64,000 nucleotides of DNA from an uncultured Elusimicrobia bacterium (GTDB lineage: Bacteria > Elusimicrobiota > Elusimicrobia > 2-01-FULL-59-12), in the NCBI GenBank assembly GCA_963702895.1, contig OY969767.1:1600001-1664000 (forward strand). The letters run 5' to 3'. The translations under genes and the position numbers were made by a program. Below, in pieces: positions 63,914 through 64,000 of the stretch. Within the stretch, counting starts at the first letter, position 1. The number at the start of each line of letters is the position of its first letter. The notes beneath the pieces are model-generated. The model was given only the letters and a program-made list of their open reading frames with translations. It did no database searches and was not told the DNA's origin.

Positions 63914-64000
63914 TTGGACCAGAGCAAGCCCTTGTGGCTGGCCTTTACGATCACGTTCGTCTTGACCCTTACGGCAGCCTCCGTCATCGCGGCGCATTAT
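63914..64000 (+). CDS. Membrane protein, N-terminal fragment cut by the window edge
   Basis: TTG immediately after the permease stop; hydrophobic LWLAFTITFVLTLTAASVIAA. Confidence 0.4.
   Translation, partial: MDQSKPLWLAFTITFVLTLTAASVIAAHY

Overview
Chromosomal window from a moderately GC-rich diderm bacterium. It carries an LpxL-type acyltransferase; gene content tentatively suggests an Elusimicrobiota-like lineage, which is inference only. Core content: (i) a ~28-kb co-oriented purine+pyrimidine supercluster on the minus strand (purA, carAB, nrdR, dcd, guaB, guaA, purC, purS, purL, purQ, purF, purD, pyrR, pyrB, pyrC, pyrK, pyrD, pyrF, pyrE, purM, purN, purB); (ii) valS-rph-rdgB; (iii) tig-clpP-clpX-lon, a class V aminotransferase, serA and an ABC exporter pair; (iv) eight intact tRNA genes. 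Two accessory zones (about 1-9.2 kb and 44-54 kb) hold the unusual material. First, six of the eight tRNA genes are flanked by 'ghost' partial copies of themselves. Most ghosts carry a ~45-nt twin-hairpin element at recurrent positions, including five twin and one single-hairpin insertion at the T-loop GTTC^ site. A GIY-YIG nuclease remnant lies inside the tRNA cluster. The same element, CGTC-type REP dimers and heptamer palindromes are spread across the window, the heptamer type even in frame inside valS and purL. Second, three unrelated-looking modular proteins share an N-terminal leader motif and a C-terminal L-x-x-[AS]-A end. One is a ~1,560-codon UroD/MtaA + histidine kinase gene read through two in-frame stops, with a repeated inter-module linker; another is a signal-peptide-bearing protein with about seven tandem HTH domains. 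Third, a 9-copy ~21-bp iteron-like array abuts a membrane protein with a C-terminal winged-helix domain. All calls come from reading the sequence and recognising motifs; no searches were run.
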